Of a stretch of 64,000 nt of DNA, positions 27,075 to 40,469 are shown piece by piece. The position numbers were made by a program, and so were the translations under genes. The notes beneath the pieces are model-generated. The model did no database searches and had not been told where the DNA came from. It was given only the letters and a program-made list of their open reading frames with translations. Within the stretch, counting starts at the first letter, position 1. Every line of letters starts with the position of its first letter. Source of the stretch: Eledone cirrhosa. Its lineage: Eukaryota. The DNA lies in assembly GCA_964016885.1 (NCBI GenBank), contig OZ024753.1, positions 37,386,001 to 37,450,000 of the forward strand, given 5' to 3'.

Positions 27075-27380
27075 CTTTCTCTCACTCCCGATGGAACAAC
27101 CCCTCCCTGGTTGACCTCCACTGCTTTCTGTTTGGTTTTGGTCATGTCAGGGGTGTAGCCGTACTCACCATGGTTGGCCATTTGCGGGTTGGTGGGGCTA
27201 TATAACCCATAATTTTAGTGGATGGCCTTTGACTCTGCGACGTTCATCCGCCCTTTTAACAGCTTTTGTTGTTTCTGATGCCGGGGTTCCACTTAACCCT
27301 CCTCACCAGACCAGTATTCTGGCGGGGAGGCCGGTTTAGTCACCGACCACTCAACCATGAAGCAGGTTGTACTGGGTTAC
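27075..27380. mobile_element. Rearranged relative of the 9231-9420 repeat
   Basis: ggaggccggtttagtcacc...caggttgtactgg on plus, and ggtgaggaggg...gagtcaaaggccatcc on minus. Confidence 0.6.
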
Positions 27381-28275
27381 TTATATAATTGTTTAATTAT
27401 TTTTATAATTATAATTTAATGACCGTAGGAGTTTGATTGAAATGTCGCAATAACTGAACTCTAATTAAGCCATGACGAAGTGGCAACTTATTAATAGAAT
27501 GGCACGTTTCATCTTTGATATTTTAAATATACGCAAGCATGCATGGACTCTTAACTTTTGATGGAGTCGTAGAGGCGCCTTCTTGGTTGTAAAATCTAGA
27601 GGCGCCGTCTTGGGTATTTAAATCTAACCTTCTCCATGTCTAAACATGGTCGATTTCTTCCAGAAAGAAAAAGAGAAATAGAGAAAGAATCAACGCCAGT
27701 ATTAGACAGGTACTTTATTTGTATGTATGTATGGTCTCGTAACTCATAATGGAGTCGTAGGAACGCCGTAATGACATACGGCGTTTGTTGGCCATTTTTA
27801 AGCCTGGCAGAGCCCATCTCCTCTCCAGGCCTGAGTACAGCATATTTCTTCCAAGAGAAGGATAGAAAGTAAAAGAGACAGAGGAAGTGAGAAAGAGATA
27901 TAGAGGAATAATCAACCTAGACACATGTGTGTATGTATGTGTCTGTGCATATATGAGTATATGTGAGTGTGTTTTAACGTGTGTGTATGCATGAGTATAT
28001 GTGAGTGTGTGCGTACGTGTATGTAAGTGCATACGTAAGTGTATGTGTGTGTATATATATGTGTGTGAATGTATGTATGTGTATGTGGGAGGTGAAACAG
28101 TAAGTCACAGTCAATGTTTATTCAATTCAGCAGGGATGTTTTATTGTTTTTGCTTGAATACATTTTTTTCGCCTCCCAACAAGGAGAGTTACTGAAAAAA
28201 CAGTGTGTCCAGCATGAAACTTGAAACTAGAGATAGTGGTACTCTTCTCGTTCTCATATCTCTCCTTTCCACACA

Positions 28276-28389
<114 letters not shown>

Positions 28390-28527
28390 TATATATATAT
28401 ATAGAGAGAGAGATACAAACACACATACAGACATATATATATATATACACACACATGGATACATAGATACACATACACACACATTTATATACATATGTAC
28501 ATAGATACATAGATAGACCCACCTAGG

Positions 28528-28562
<35 letters not shown>

Positions 28563-28602
28563 GTATATACATATATATATGTATGTATATACACACACAC
28601 AC

Positions 28603-28661
<59 letters not shown>

Positions 28662-28775
28662 TGTACACAGGTACACACACATACAAACAGCAACAGGCAC
28701 AAAAATGCATGTTTATATAAGTGTGTCTGTGTATGCATGTAGGTTTGTGTGTGTATGCGTGTGGGCGTGTGTGTC

Positions 28776-28806
<31 letters not shown>

Positions 28807-29435
28807 ATTAGTACACGAATGCAAGGTGTGTATATAAGATTGCGTATTCCTTCTTTTTCCCTCCCACTGTTCCGTTCGTCTGCTTTATAAAGTCCATAGG
28901 ATCTTTACAGCTGCGGTAGACAAACAACATTTGCATTGTACATATATTTCCCTTAACGCCAACTTAATAGAAGCCGGGCTTAAAATAATAATAATAATAA
29001 TAAATAAATAGATAGATAAATAAATAATAAAAAGTAAAAAAAAAATACAAAAAAATATACAATAATAAAAATTAAAAGTAAAAAAATAAAAGGAATTATT
29101 ATTATTATTGTTATTATTATTATTATTATTATTATTAGTGTTGTTGTTGGAAAAAATCTTTTTCTCCGAAAGTATATCGTGTTTAGCGTTCATAACAAGG
29201 CAGAAACAATAACAACATCTTTTAGGGTGGGGTGGGGGTGGGGTAGATGGAGTTCTTATTTTATTGGCTTACAGGTTTTTTTCTTTCTTTCTTTCTTGAA
29301 CTCCCGAGTGAAAAACTTGTGATAACAAAATAGTTAACTTCGATAGGATTTGAACTCAAAATGTAAAGGGCCGTAATTCTATGCCGCAAAGCTTGGTGTC
29401 CGACGTTCTACCGATTCTGCCAATCCATCAACCTT

Positions 29436-29795
29436 AAAGCCAGTAAAATAATACAAGACTAAATCTATTGACGGCGATGCTCCAGCATGACTACTAAAAC
29501 CAATCAAAGAATACAAGACGAAATCCCTTGACGGTTTTTCTCCAGCATGACTACTGTCCAAGGACTACAACCAGTCAAGGAATACAAGACTAAATTACTT
29601 GACGGTGTTGCTCCAGTATGACTGCTGTCCAAGGACTAAAACTAGTCATGGAATCCAAGATTAAATCCTTTGACGATGGTGCTCCAGCATGAAAACTGTC
29701 CAAGAACTAAAACCAGTCAAGGAATGCAAGACTAAATCCCTTGACAGTGTTGCTCCAGCATGACTGCTGTCCAGTGTCTGAAACCAGTAAAAGAA
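29436..29795 (+). repeat. Five tandem 60-72-bp units derived from a SINE-like 3' tail
   Basis: gacggtg.tgctccagcatgact.ctgtcc recurs 5 times; the array ends ctgaaaccagtaaaaga. Confidence 0.85.
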
Positions 29796-30198
29796 TGATA
29801 AAATAAAAAATATATACGAACATACAAAACATTTTTCATGCTAGGCAGCAATTAATTATCACTTCTAAGAGAATTTGTCAAACTTTCTAGAGTCCAACAT
29901 CCTACAAACGAGAAGAGGCATGGGTATACTTTCAACAAGGAGTGATAAGTATTAGCGATAAGGGTTCTAATACCCAATAGACAAGGTAAGATATGATAAG
30001 TAGAAGCGATAAGAGTTCCAATACCCCAATACCCAATAGACAAATTTCTTCTTCGTCGTCGTCCTCACCAAAAGTATCTTCCCAATTTCTTTATCATCAA
30101 ATTATATTATAATCTTTTTTGCTCCACCTCTACTTAAGTATAGCTTATCTATTTACAGACACAGCTATATATATATATATACAAGAATATAAATACAC

Positions 30199-30234
<36 letters not shown>

Positions 30235-30449
30235 ATGTATTTATATTCATGTATGTATAATTTTTATAACGGGCAAGAGAAACCCTTAAGTAAAGTTCAA
30301 AATGTTATAAGATTAAACAAGTGTAAAGAAGGAAAATAAAAACGAACTCCTTCAAATAAGTAGAAAGCTACTTTTAAAGTGATCGAGGGATTTAAGTGGG
30401 CAATAAATAAATGGATGTATTAAACCACTATTCTTTAAATAACTCAGAC

Positions 30450-30585
30450 CTTACGTCCCTTTACGGTCTGAGTTCAAATCCCGTGGAGGTTAATTTTGCC
30501 TTTCATCCTTACGGGGTCGATAAAATAAAGTACCAGTAATGTACTGGGTAATTGCTGGCCTTGTGCCAAAAATAGAAACAATTAT
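30450..30585 (+). mobile_element. Meta-domain-like SINE (5' truncated)
   Basis: Same family as 14824-15020. Confidence 0.85.
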
Positions 30586-30945
30586 TCTTTAAATATTAAA
30601 TTTCTATAATTTAGTTAAATGTAAACTATACCAAAACTATTTCTAAGAAATTGTTTCTTTTTTAAATCGTCCATCTTTAGAAAAATATACAAGACTGCGT
30701 TAAAAGAAGAATTAGAAACTCTTGAAGCGGTAAATTTTATTAAAGGATCCTTAAATTGTCATAAGATATTTATACTGGCCTGCTTTACAAATAAGGAAAC
30801 ATTTGAAACATTTACCATTAATAACATGTGAACAGGTTCCTGACTTATGGCAAGCGAGATGATTTCAGGCTAAGAAAGAATTATTCATGCTATTTGACTT
30901 CCACTGCACGAAATCTTTTAAAGTACTTAAATTACGGCGAATTGG

Positions 30946-31203
30946 CAGACTTATGGTGTCCTTGGCCCTAGGGCCACCTCCCTACTCACCACCATCGGCA
31001 CAGAGTTGGCTACCCGTAGGTGTGAGCCTCGTGAGCTGGAATGGCTCTTCCAGTGCGTCTTCCTCACTATCCTCCAGAGAAACGCCTTCTTTGCTCTGTC
31101 CACCGGAGCCGAGGACGGCCAGCGCGTGGACCCCCATTTGCTCATGATTGTGAGAGATGGAGGCAATGACAGTGGGAGTTTGTTTCCTTTGCGTTCGGAC
31201 CTG

Positions 31204-31205
<2 letters not shown>
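30946..31205 (+). pseudogene. CRE-clade non-LTR retrotransposon 3' end (restriction-like endonuclease C-terminus)
   Basis: QTYGVLGPRATSLLTTIGTELATRRCEPRELEWLFQCVFLTILQRNA resembles the ETxGxxGP...IG..LA....PRE..WLFQRIS..IQRGNA CRE motif. Terminates at (TA)n. Confidence 0.8.
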
Positions 31206-31268
<63 letters not shown>

Positions 31269-32217
31269 TCAAAGACACACACTCACACGTTTTACACATA
31301 CAAACAAACAAGCCAACACTATGAATATTTGAATTAACAAACCTATTTTTAGATATTTTCCTGTTAAATAATTACAAGATGGTAAGAGATAATTAAAATG
31401 ACAAAAACATTAGCAGAATCATTAGAACGACGGAAATATTGAATGCTTTGAAGTCTTCGTTCTGTATCTCTGCGCTCTCTAACTTCAAATCCCACAGAAG
31501 TCAACGTTGCCTTACATCCAAAAATACTGGAAATATTTTTTCCTTCCTTGGTTTAATCTGAGAAGCGGTTCCTTTCGTTTCCGTTTTTCTTTCTTTTTAT
31601 GATTGCTCAAACTCCAAATCCACCCTGCCCACTGTATTCCAGCCTTCCGGGGCCAATATGTCAATCAGGTACAGGAGCTGATTTTATCGAATACATCACT
31701 GCCTTGCACCTCTCTTTATTGTTGCTTTAGCTTATCTCAGTTTGAAACTACTTACTTAACGTACATTTATCTTCCTCTACAGAAATGTTTTTATTTTCAT
31801 TCATTTATTTATTCATTTACTTAACTATTTATTTATCTATTTATTATTATTTTGTCCTCTAACATCGCAAGTATTTTTTTTCTTCTATTTTCGAAAATGA
31901 AATAAGAGAAACTAAAAGAATAACATAAGTGTGTTTAAATTAGTCGTTTAAATGAAGTCTCAACCTAAACAAAAACAGAATATATATCCGGTTTACTTCA
32001 AGACCTGTTGTTACCCATCATTCTTCTTTTCCACAAATATTCATCCAATCTTTATTTATGTTTATCATTTAAATTTAATTTATATACATTAATTTTTTTT
32101 TGTTTTTAGTTAATTATTATTAACGGTAGTACTTAGATTTTTGGGGGGTTTTATTAAAATTATATATATCGATATTTGAATTGATTTTTATTGATTTGAC
32201 TTAATTATTTTTATCAG

Positions 32218-32273
<56 letters not shown>

Positions 32274-32311
32274 AGGAGGTTATAGTTCACTTGAAGCATT
32301 GTGTAATGAGG

Positions 32312-32705
32312 TATAAACGTTTGTTTATGTATAATAAAGCCAAAACAATGCAGGTATGGACATAGAATAAAGAATGCAAATGCAAAAGATATTGTTGACA
32401 ATTAGTCTTTTACCTTAGATTTATTTAAATGTCCTTAATTTTCGAGATAATATCTCTTCTTCGGAGGGAAGTAAAGCGGTTAAACCAGTGTTCTAAATAG
32501 CATGACTTGGCAAGGTATTTAGAACACTGGTTTAACCGCTTTACTTCCCTCCGAAGAAGAGATATTATCTCGAAAATTAAGGACATTTAAATAAATCTAA
32601 GGTAAAAGACTAATTGTCAACAATATCTTTTGCATTTGCATTCTTTATTCTATGTCCATACCTGCCATACCTGCATTGTTTTGGCTTTATTATACATATA
32701 CAAAC

Positions 32706-32712
<7 letters not shown>
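32312..32712. mobile_element. Fold-back element with about 190-bp arms and 16-nt spacer (family H), carrying an HHR-like motif
   Basis: 32312-32499 vs 32516-32712 (9-bp duplication in the right arm). Motif cct-CCGAAGA-agagat(att)atctc-GAAA-ATTA-agg at 32548-32582. Confidence 0.85.
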
Positions 32713-32750
<38 letters not shown>

Positions 32751-32841
32751 AAAAGAGTCAGGACCACGATGGCTGATCTCCGGTCATTTCGACACCTAGA
32801 TCCGAACTATGGTCGACCTCGTTTTTTACCACACTTTCTTT

Positions 32842-32878
<37 letters not shown>

Positions 32879-33406
32879 TTTTATTGGATTTTATAAATTA
32901 TTTTTATCGAAATTTCGATTTATTTTTAACGATTTCACTTAATTATTCCTCATCGATATTTCTATTTATTTTTATTGATTTCACTTAATTATTTTTATCG
33001 ATATATATATATTCGTTTTTATTGAACTTCTTTAATTATTTTTATCGTTATTTATATTTATTTTTAATGTATTTTATCATTATTATTGTCAATATTTGCG
33101 CTTATTGTTTGTTGTCTTTGTTTTATTATTGTTTATCAGTATTTACATTTGTTTTTGTTTATTTAGCTTCATTATTAACGGCAGTATTAGATTTGTTTGT
33201 TTATGTACTATTTCTTTGTTATATATATATATGTGTGTGTGTGTATATATATATATATATGTGTGCGTCTGTGTGTGTGTATATACATATGTAAATATGT
33301 GTGTGTATATATATATATATACACATATATATATATATATGTGTGTGTATACATATATATACATGTATATATACATACATATACGTACATATATATAAAT
33401 ATGTAT

Positions 33407-33506
<100 letters not shown>

Positions 33507-33737
33507 GTATGTTTTGCGTGGGTATTATGAATACTGGTATGTATATGATGGTTTAATTAAGAGTTGGCCTTTCGTTGACACCCCGGGCAGGGGTCATTAT
33601 CACTGAGGGTCCTAACACAAACAAAAGACATAATTAAACGAGCTAACGAGATAATGTCACACAAGCATCTGTAGGAAGAGGAAAATTACATGTTTGTATT
33701 TATCTACTCCCGTTCACAATTAATCAACGTCGAGAAA

Positions 33738-33794
33738 TGGGCCTGTATAAATTCCACTACCTCCTCTATTTCTATACCAACCTATGTATACCTT

Positions 33795-33828
<34 letters not shown>

Positions 33829-33857
33829 GGTATACATAGGCTGGTAGAGAAATAGAG

Positions 33858-33893
<36 letters not shown>

Positions 33894-33950
33894 AAGGTAT
33901 ACATAGGTTGGTAAAGAAATAGAGGAGGTAGTGGAATTTATACAGGCCCA
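33738..33950. repeat. About 60-bp inverted repeat with internal (TA)n tracts and a partial third copy
   Basis: tgggcctgtataaattccactacc...ccttcca vs tggaagg...atttatacaggccca; partial copy at 33825-33860. Confidence 0.9.
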
Positions 33951-34379
33951 TATATATATATATATATATACAAATATAGATACATACATACATACACACA
34001 CGTACATATACGTAAGTATATACTTATATACGTACGTACGTATGTACGTATGTAAGTACGTAAGTACATATTACGTACGTATGTAAGTACGTAAGTACAT
34101 ATTTACATATATACATACATACACGCACACAATCATAGATACATGGAAGCAAAGATACATACATTCACACATACAAACACCGATATATATACACACACAC
34201 ACACACACGTATATATATATATATATACATATAGACAGCCAGATACACACATCTACACACACACACACACACACACTTGTACACAGATGCAAATACATAT
34301 ATGTGTATGTGTGTGTGTGACAGCTCCTACCTCTGCAGGTTTAGCTGGCCTCCTCCAAGGAATATCTAGGGTAATTTAA

Positions 34380-34548
34380 TGATAGGGACCCCAGTCCTAT
34401 CATCTCATTTCTACAGCTGAGTAAACTGGAGCAACGTGAAATAAAGTGTCTTGCTCAACGAAACAACACATCACCCGGTCCGAGAATTGAACTCAAAACC
34501 TTTCGATTGCAAGCCCAATGCTCTAACCACTAAGCCATGCGCCTTCAC
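34380..34548 (-). mobile_element. tRNA-derived SINE head (family of 9843)
   Basis: Reverse complement gaaggcgcatggcttagtggttagagc...gagttcaattctcggaccggg. Confidence 0.85.
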
Positions 34549-34651
34549 AATACATATGATATACATATGATAATTAATAAATACATATGATTAATTCAGT
34601 ATTATTCTAACAAGATAAGATAGAGAATTATGAAACAATTATGTCTGCTGT

Positions 34652-35097
34652 GACCATGAGGTAATATATACCATGTGGCAATATATACCATGTGGTAACA
34701 TATACTATGTGGTAACATATACCATGTGGTAACATATACCATGTGGTAACATAGCCCATGTGGTAACATATACCATGAGGTAACATGTACCATGTGGTAA
34801 CATATGCCATGTGGTAACATGTACCATGTGGTAACATGTACCATGAGGTAACATATACCATGTGGTAACATGTACCATGAGGTAACATATACTATGTGGT
34901 AACATATACCATGAGGTAACATGTACCATGTGGTAACACATACCATGTGGTAACATGTACCATGAGGTAACATGTACCATGTGTTAACATATACCATGTG
35001 GTAACATATACCATGAGGTAACATGTACCATGTGGTAACATATACCATGTGGTAACATATACCATGTGGTAACATATACCATGTGGTAACATATACC
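34652..35097. repeat. 17-bp minisatellite (ACCATGTGGTAACATAT)n, about 26 units
   Basis: Direct reading. Confidence 0.95.
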
Positions 35098-35697
35098 TGA
35101 GATTTTGCACTTCAGTGAGACAAAAGAAGCGAATGAAAGTACATGACAACTTTCTGTTGGTTGATTCGTACTGTTACCTTTTGTCACACAGACTCCCATC
35201 TTTCTGTCTTCCTATTGTCATCAATCCATACGGATTGATGACAATAGGAAACATCTCGCATATCAGTAATTTATCCTTCTTTTTTTCATAAAGAATTAAT
35301 CGTGTGAACTGATCGACCAATTAAAATGGAGCTTAATATACAAAATATAAGAATGAGATTCTATAAGGATTATATCTTCATAGTTTTATTGGACTTCAAA
35401 AGGAACATTTTTACGCCATTTAAATGGAAAACGGAAAAGGGCGAAAACAATACAAGTGTTTGTTGGTGCTGCGTTTGAACGAGAGGAAGAGGAACATTTC
35501 ATGGTTGTTAGGAAAGAAATAGACACTGAAGATATTTGAGAAGATTGATATATTCTCGTACTCCGTGATAAATTGGTGTAAAAGGAGACGAAATATTGTT
35601 TTCGAGAGCGCCATCTCATTGAGATAACAAAATAATATAAACAAAATATGAAAATAAAATAAAAATGTAATAAAAGATAAAAGTAAATATATTCACC

Positions 35698-35700
35698 ATT

Positions 35701-35733
<33 letters not shown>

Positions 35734-35880
35734 GTCATCACCATCATCATCACCATCATCATCATCATCATCACCATCATCATGGTTTTTAGGTCCATTT
35801 TTCTATGCTTGCATGGTTTGGATGGGTCCTTTTCAGCGCAACATCTCTCCACTCGTTGCGTTCCTTCGTCATCTCCTGAC
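35698..35880 (-). mobile_element. RTE-type tail with long (GAT)n
   Basis: Reverse complement ccaaaccatgcaagcatagaaaaatggacctaaaaaccatgatgatg. Confidence 0.65.
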
Positions 35881-36795
35881 ATGAAAATAAAAATTATATT
35901 AAATATAAAATAAAATAAAATAAAAATATAAATATAAATATAAAACTAAATAAAATAAATTAAATTATATAAAATAAAATTAAAAAAATATACAAAATTA
36001 AAATAAGATAAAACTAAACCAAATATTGTAAAACAAAAAATAACTAATACGTTGAGTGGTTAGGTGTTGGTGTTGGTGTTGGTATTGGTGTTGATGTTAT
36101 GTTTGTTAGTAGTAGTGTAGTGTAGAACCTACTGTTACATGTTAATTAGTCACAACTTGACAGCTTCTAACGTTTACACAAAGCGATGATCAAAGGATAA
36201 GCTATGAAATAGTGCTGTCAGATAACTCACAACAAAACAACTGGTGAGATGCGAGAGTGATAATATCTATTTTTGTGGTAGTTGGTCCCTTCGTGAACAT
36301 CAGAGACCAAACAAAAATAAACCTTTAAAAAACACATTAAAATACCCCCACAAAGACCGCCAAGGGCTTAAAACACATAAATTGACCTAAAAAGACCCCA
36401 AAATGACATTGTTGGATGTGATAGGTGATTAGTTCAATTGCCAATGGAACGGAAATCATAAACTATTTTATGTTGCTCGTTGTAGTTGTTTTCGACAGAC
36501 CCATCAACAAAGTTTGAACTAAGGATTGATTCTTGTGAACTTAAATTGGTATAATGATTTACTCCTGTATATATATATATATATATATAAACACACATAA
36601 CTCTAACCCTAGTTCTAACTCTTCCCTAACACTGACCCAAATCCTAAACTTAACAATAACCCTAACCTAATACTAACCCAAACCCTAACACTTACCCTAG
36701 TGAAAAATGGAACGATATATGTGCGTGTGTGTGTGTTTGTGTGTGTGTAAATCAATATATATATATATTTTAGTCTTCAAATTTATTATTATTAC

Positions 36796-36910
<115 letters not shown>

Positions 36911-37320
36911 CATATATATTTGTATGTATATATATATGTGTGTGTCTGGACCACACAACCTTCTCCATTTAGAGTAAAATATTATAATAAGAAAAAAATA
37001 GACAGAGTAAACGAAACCTTACAACTAAACACGCGTTGCTCAATATCACATAGACGTTCTACATAAGAAGAAAGGAAATGATAAATACCACATGTATGAT
37101 TAATTATGTTGGAGGTATATTTATAATAAATAATATGCTCGGTCATATATCATTACTATGTAAGATGATGTATTCTAGGAATCTTTCGTCACGAGCTGGT
37201 TTCTATCAAATGAAACTAAAACAAGCTTGTGTTAATATTTATGCAAGGGCATTCGTGTTTATAATTACGAAAAATGTATATATTATATATTATATATTAT
37301 GTATATGTTGTGTATTACTG

Positions 37321-37356
<36 letters not shown>

Positions 37357-37386
37357 CATATATACATATATATATATATGTGTGTG

Positions 37387-37523
37387 TCCAGAAATAGCCG
37401 TCGAAACGGCTTAAGCTCTGCCATCGGAGTCATACATTGTCCTATTACCCACTCTACTACCCTAAGTATTGAGTACTCTGGTGCGTTATGGTCCATCTGG
37501 TTCCTTACCTCAACTCCTTCGTT
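37387..37523 (+). mobile_element. Family B mini-element (5' truncated in HHR stem II)
   Basis: tccagaaatagccgtcgaaacggc...ccttcgtta followed by (TA)n. Confidence 0.85.
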
Positions 37524-37572
37524 ATATATATATAATCATATACTCATACATACATATATATATATATATATG

Positions 37573-37641
37573 AGTTTCAGAAGATCCCGTTAAGGGTGAA
37601 AGCACCGATTCTTTGCTTAAACTTTAATCTGTTATTTTAAT
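37573..37641 (+). ncRNA. Family C variant hammerhead (CAGAAGA core) at 37573-37623
   Basis: agttt-CAGAAGA-tccc(gttaa)gggt-GAAA-gca...tgc-TT-aaact. Confidence 0.65.
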
Positions 37642-37670
37642 ATGTATATATATACACACACAAACACATA

Positions 37671-37723
<53 letters not shown>

Positions 37724-38234
37724 TGCATATATACGTATATATGCAATGGATTTTTGCAGCTTATGAAATTTCACTCACGACTATAGCAAACAAAGTTGTC
37801 GCAGAAACCGCGGGGTGGGACTGAACTTGAAATACGTGACTGCCAAGAAAACTCCTTAAACTATATTCAAAATTTCTAAGTGTCTTTCGAAGCAACACTT
37901 GACGCTTATAAAATAAAATTATATAAAATAGAAGAAAATAAAATTATATGAAATAGATTAAAATAAAATTATATAAAATAAATTAAATAAAATTATATAA
38001 AATAGATTTATCCCCAGCCATAACTGTCCCCTTTTCGAATATGTACCAAATATTATAAGAGTACTACTGTAGAAGAGCATTATTCTTAGTTCAGCACTTT
38101 TACATGAAGGGTCAACCAACAACTTCACCTTCATCTGGAGAGAATTACAAAGGCAGGAATAAATAAAATAGAGGCCAAAATGTGAAGATTATCATAATTC
38201 TTCTGTTAGACACAGATGTCTACCAGCTGTGGGT

Positions 38235-38302
38235 GTAGTAGTAGTAGTGGTGGTGGTGGTGGTGGTGGTGGTGGTGGTGGTAGTAATAGCAGCAGTAGCA
38301 GC

Positions 38303-38371
<69 letters not shown>

Positions 38372-38395
38372 GGTGGTGGTGGTGGTGGTAGTAAT

Positions 38396-38463
<68 letters not shown>
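38235..38463. repeat. Compound (AGT)n/(GGT)n/(AGC)n microsatellite with duplicated block order
   Basis: Direct reading. Confidence 0.95.
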
Positions 38464-38600
38464 GGCTGGTGATGATTTGTGTTTGATGAGATCCGAGGTG
38501 TGACAATATTTACTGAATATTTACTGAATAAATCAACAACACATTTCATTAACAATTCTGTTATTTCTATTATTATTATTATTATTATTATTAAGAAGAA

Positions 38601-38820
38601 GGGCGGTGGATTGGCAGTATCGGTAGAGGGTTGGACGCCATGTTTTCTAGCATAGCTACGTCCCTTTACAGTCTGAGTTCAAATCCCGCCGAGGTTAACT
38701 TTGCCTTTCATTCTTACGGGGTCGATAAAATAAAGTACCAGTCCCACACTGGGGTCGATTTAATCGACTTTCTCCTCCCCCAAAATTGCTGGCCTTGTGC
38801 CTATATAAGAAACCATTATC
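38601..38820 (+). mobile_element. Full-length Meta-domain-like tRNA SINE
   Basis: Same family as 14824-15020. Confidence 0.85.
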
Positions 38821-40244
38821 ATTATTATTATTATTGTTGTTGTTTTATGTGTGAATCTTCCAGAGTCTTTTCACGTAATCTATCTGAACGTCTGTCAACC
38901 TATATTTTTGTGACATATACCAATGGTCTCTAACTTTGGTTCATATGAACCTAAAGGGTTCACTAGAATATTTTGGGTCTCTGTGAAAAGATAGGAATTC
39001 CTACAGGGTTTGACAGCACATACTGGATTCGTACTTTGACCATTCCATTAAGATATTTCTAATGAAAGACTGTGACTAGGATTTTGATATTTGTTTGATT
39101 TTGAAAGAATCAAAAATTTCGAAGGATTTAGTGATATAAACTAGCTTTCAAATTATTAAGCTGATGTTTCGAACATAACTTAAGTTTTAACATAAATTTA
39201 TGATGGAAGGTTTTTGGATAAATATAGAAGTGAATTGTTTCAGTTGTGCTTGGTTGTAATATATAAACATGTATCATAACAGGTATGATTTGTATGCAAC
39301 AAATATAGTTTACAGTGGGTGTATATATAAACATTGCTTTTATATAATACAGTTGTGTTTGGTTGAAGCATGTACATATTTATATGTGAGTATTATAACC
39401 TGTTTCGTTTGTAGGTAAGATATATAATTTACAGGGATATAGTTATGCATATGTATTACTATTTGCAATCGAGTATGACTTTGTAGTATATATCATACTT
39501 TCGTAAAGTGACTCATACAGTCACAAGTATACACAACACCTTCTCGACGCTCCATCCCTTGATCTTGCGGAAAAAACACTGAACTGATACATTCTATACC
39601 ATCCCCGAAAGGATTGAAAGCAAAGTAGACCTTGGCGAAATTTACACTCAGAAAGCAGAGACCCAGAACAAAGGACCAACGCTCCAACTACTCTGCTAAA
39701 TCAACCGCCTTTGCATATATATTACTGGGTATATGTTAAACATATTGTTTTGGTTTGTATAGTACAGTTGTACTTGACTGTAGTTTATATGCCATATACT
39801 ACAACCCTGGTGGTATCTCATCTTACACCATATGTGTGTCAGTATTATATCGAATAGAAGAGGTTTGAGGATAAACACTAAATGTTATATATTCATTTAC
39901 TGTAGTTCGTGAACGCTTACATAAACTAACATAAGGATGCTTGGGTTTATAGGGAATAACTCTGCAGCGTGAACACACATAGACACACGGACACACACAC
40001 GTACATTCACTCATACGTCTACTCATTATATATATATAATGGTGGTGAAGTTGCAGAATCGTTAGTGTATCGAATAACACCACATTGCAGTATTTCGTTA
40101 AGACCCTTTCAAATCCAGCTGACCTCAAGTTTGCCTTTCAATATTTCCAAGGTTGATATAATCGACTTACTCTACCCCAAAAATGTCTGGCCTTGTACCT
40201 ATTTTAGAATATATATATATATATATACAGTAATAATGATAAAC

Positions 40245-40437
40245 GTGAAGACTAAAATCAACTGCGTTGACAGTTTCAGAAGATCCCGTTAAGGGTGAAA
40301 GCAGCGATTCTTTGCTTAAACTTTAATCTGTTATTTTAATAAATATTTACTTTATGGCTTTATATATTTTGATATATATATTATCCTTATCGAGCTCTCT
40401 TCGGATTTTAGTCTTCATATTTTTTATTATTACTATA
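40245..40437 (+). mobile_element. Longest family C element with HHR at 40272-40322
   Basis: Same CAGAAGA fold. The 5' tgaagactaaaatc is the inverted copy of the 3' gattttagtcttca. Ends in (TA)n. Confidence 0.8.
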
Positions 40438-40469
40438 TATATATATAAACACTCTTTTCTTTAATGCTT

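Noticed and set aside
34602-35199. Repetitive MLPHGICYH ORFs
   Set aside because: Product of a 17-bp minisatellite cycling through frames
36596-36700. Interstitial telomere (CCCTAA)n
   Set aside because: Highly degenerate with only a few exact units; such tracts are common inside DNA transposon remnants
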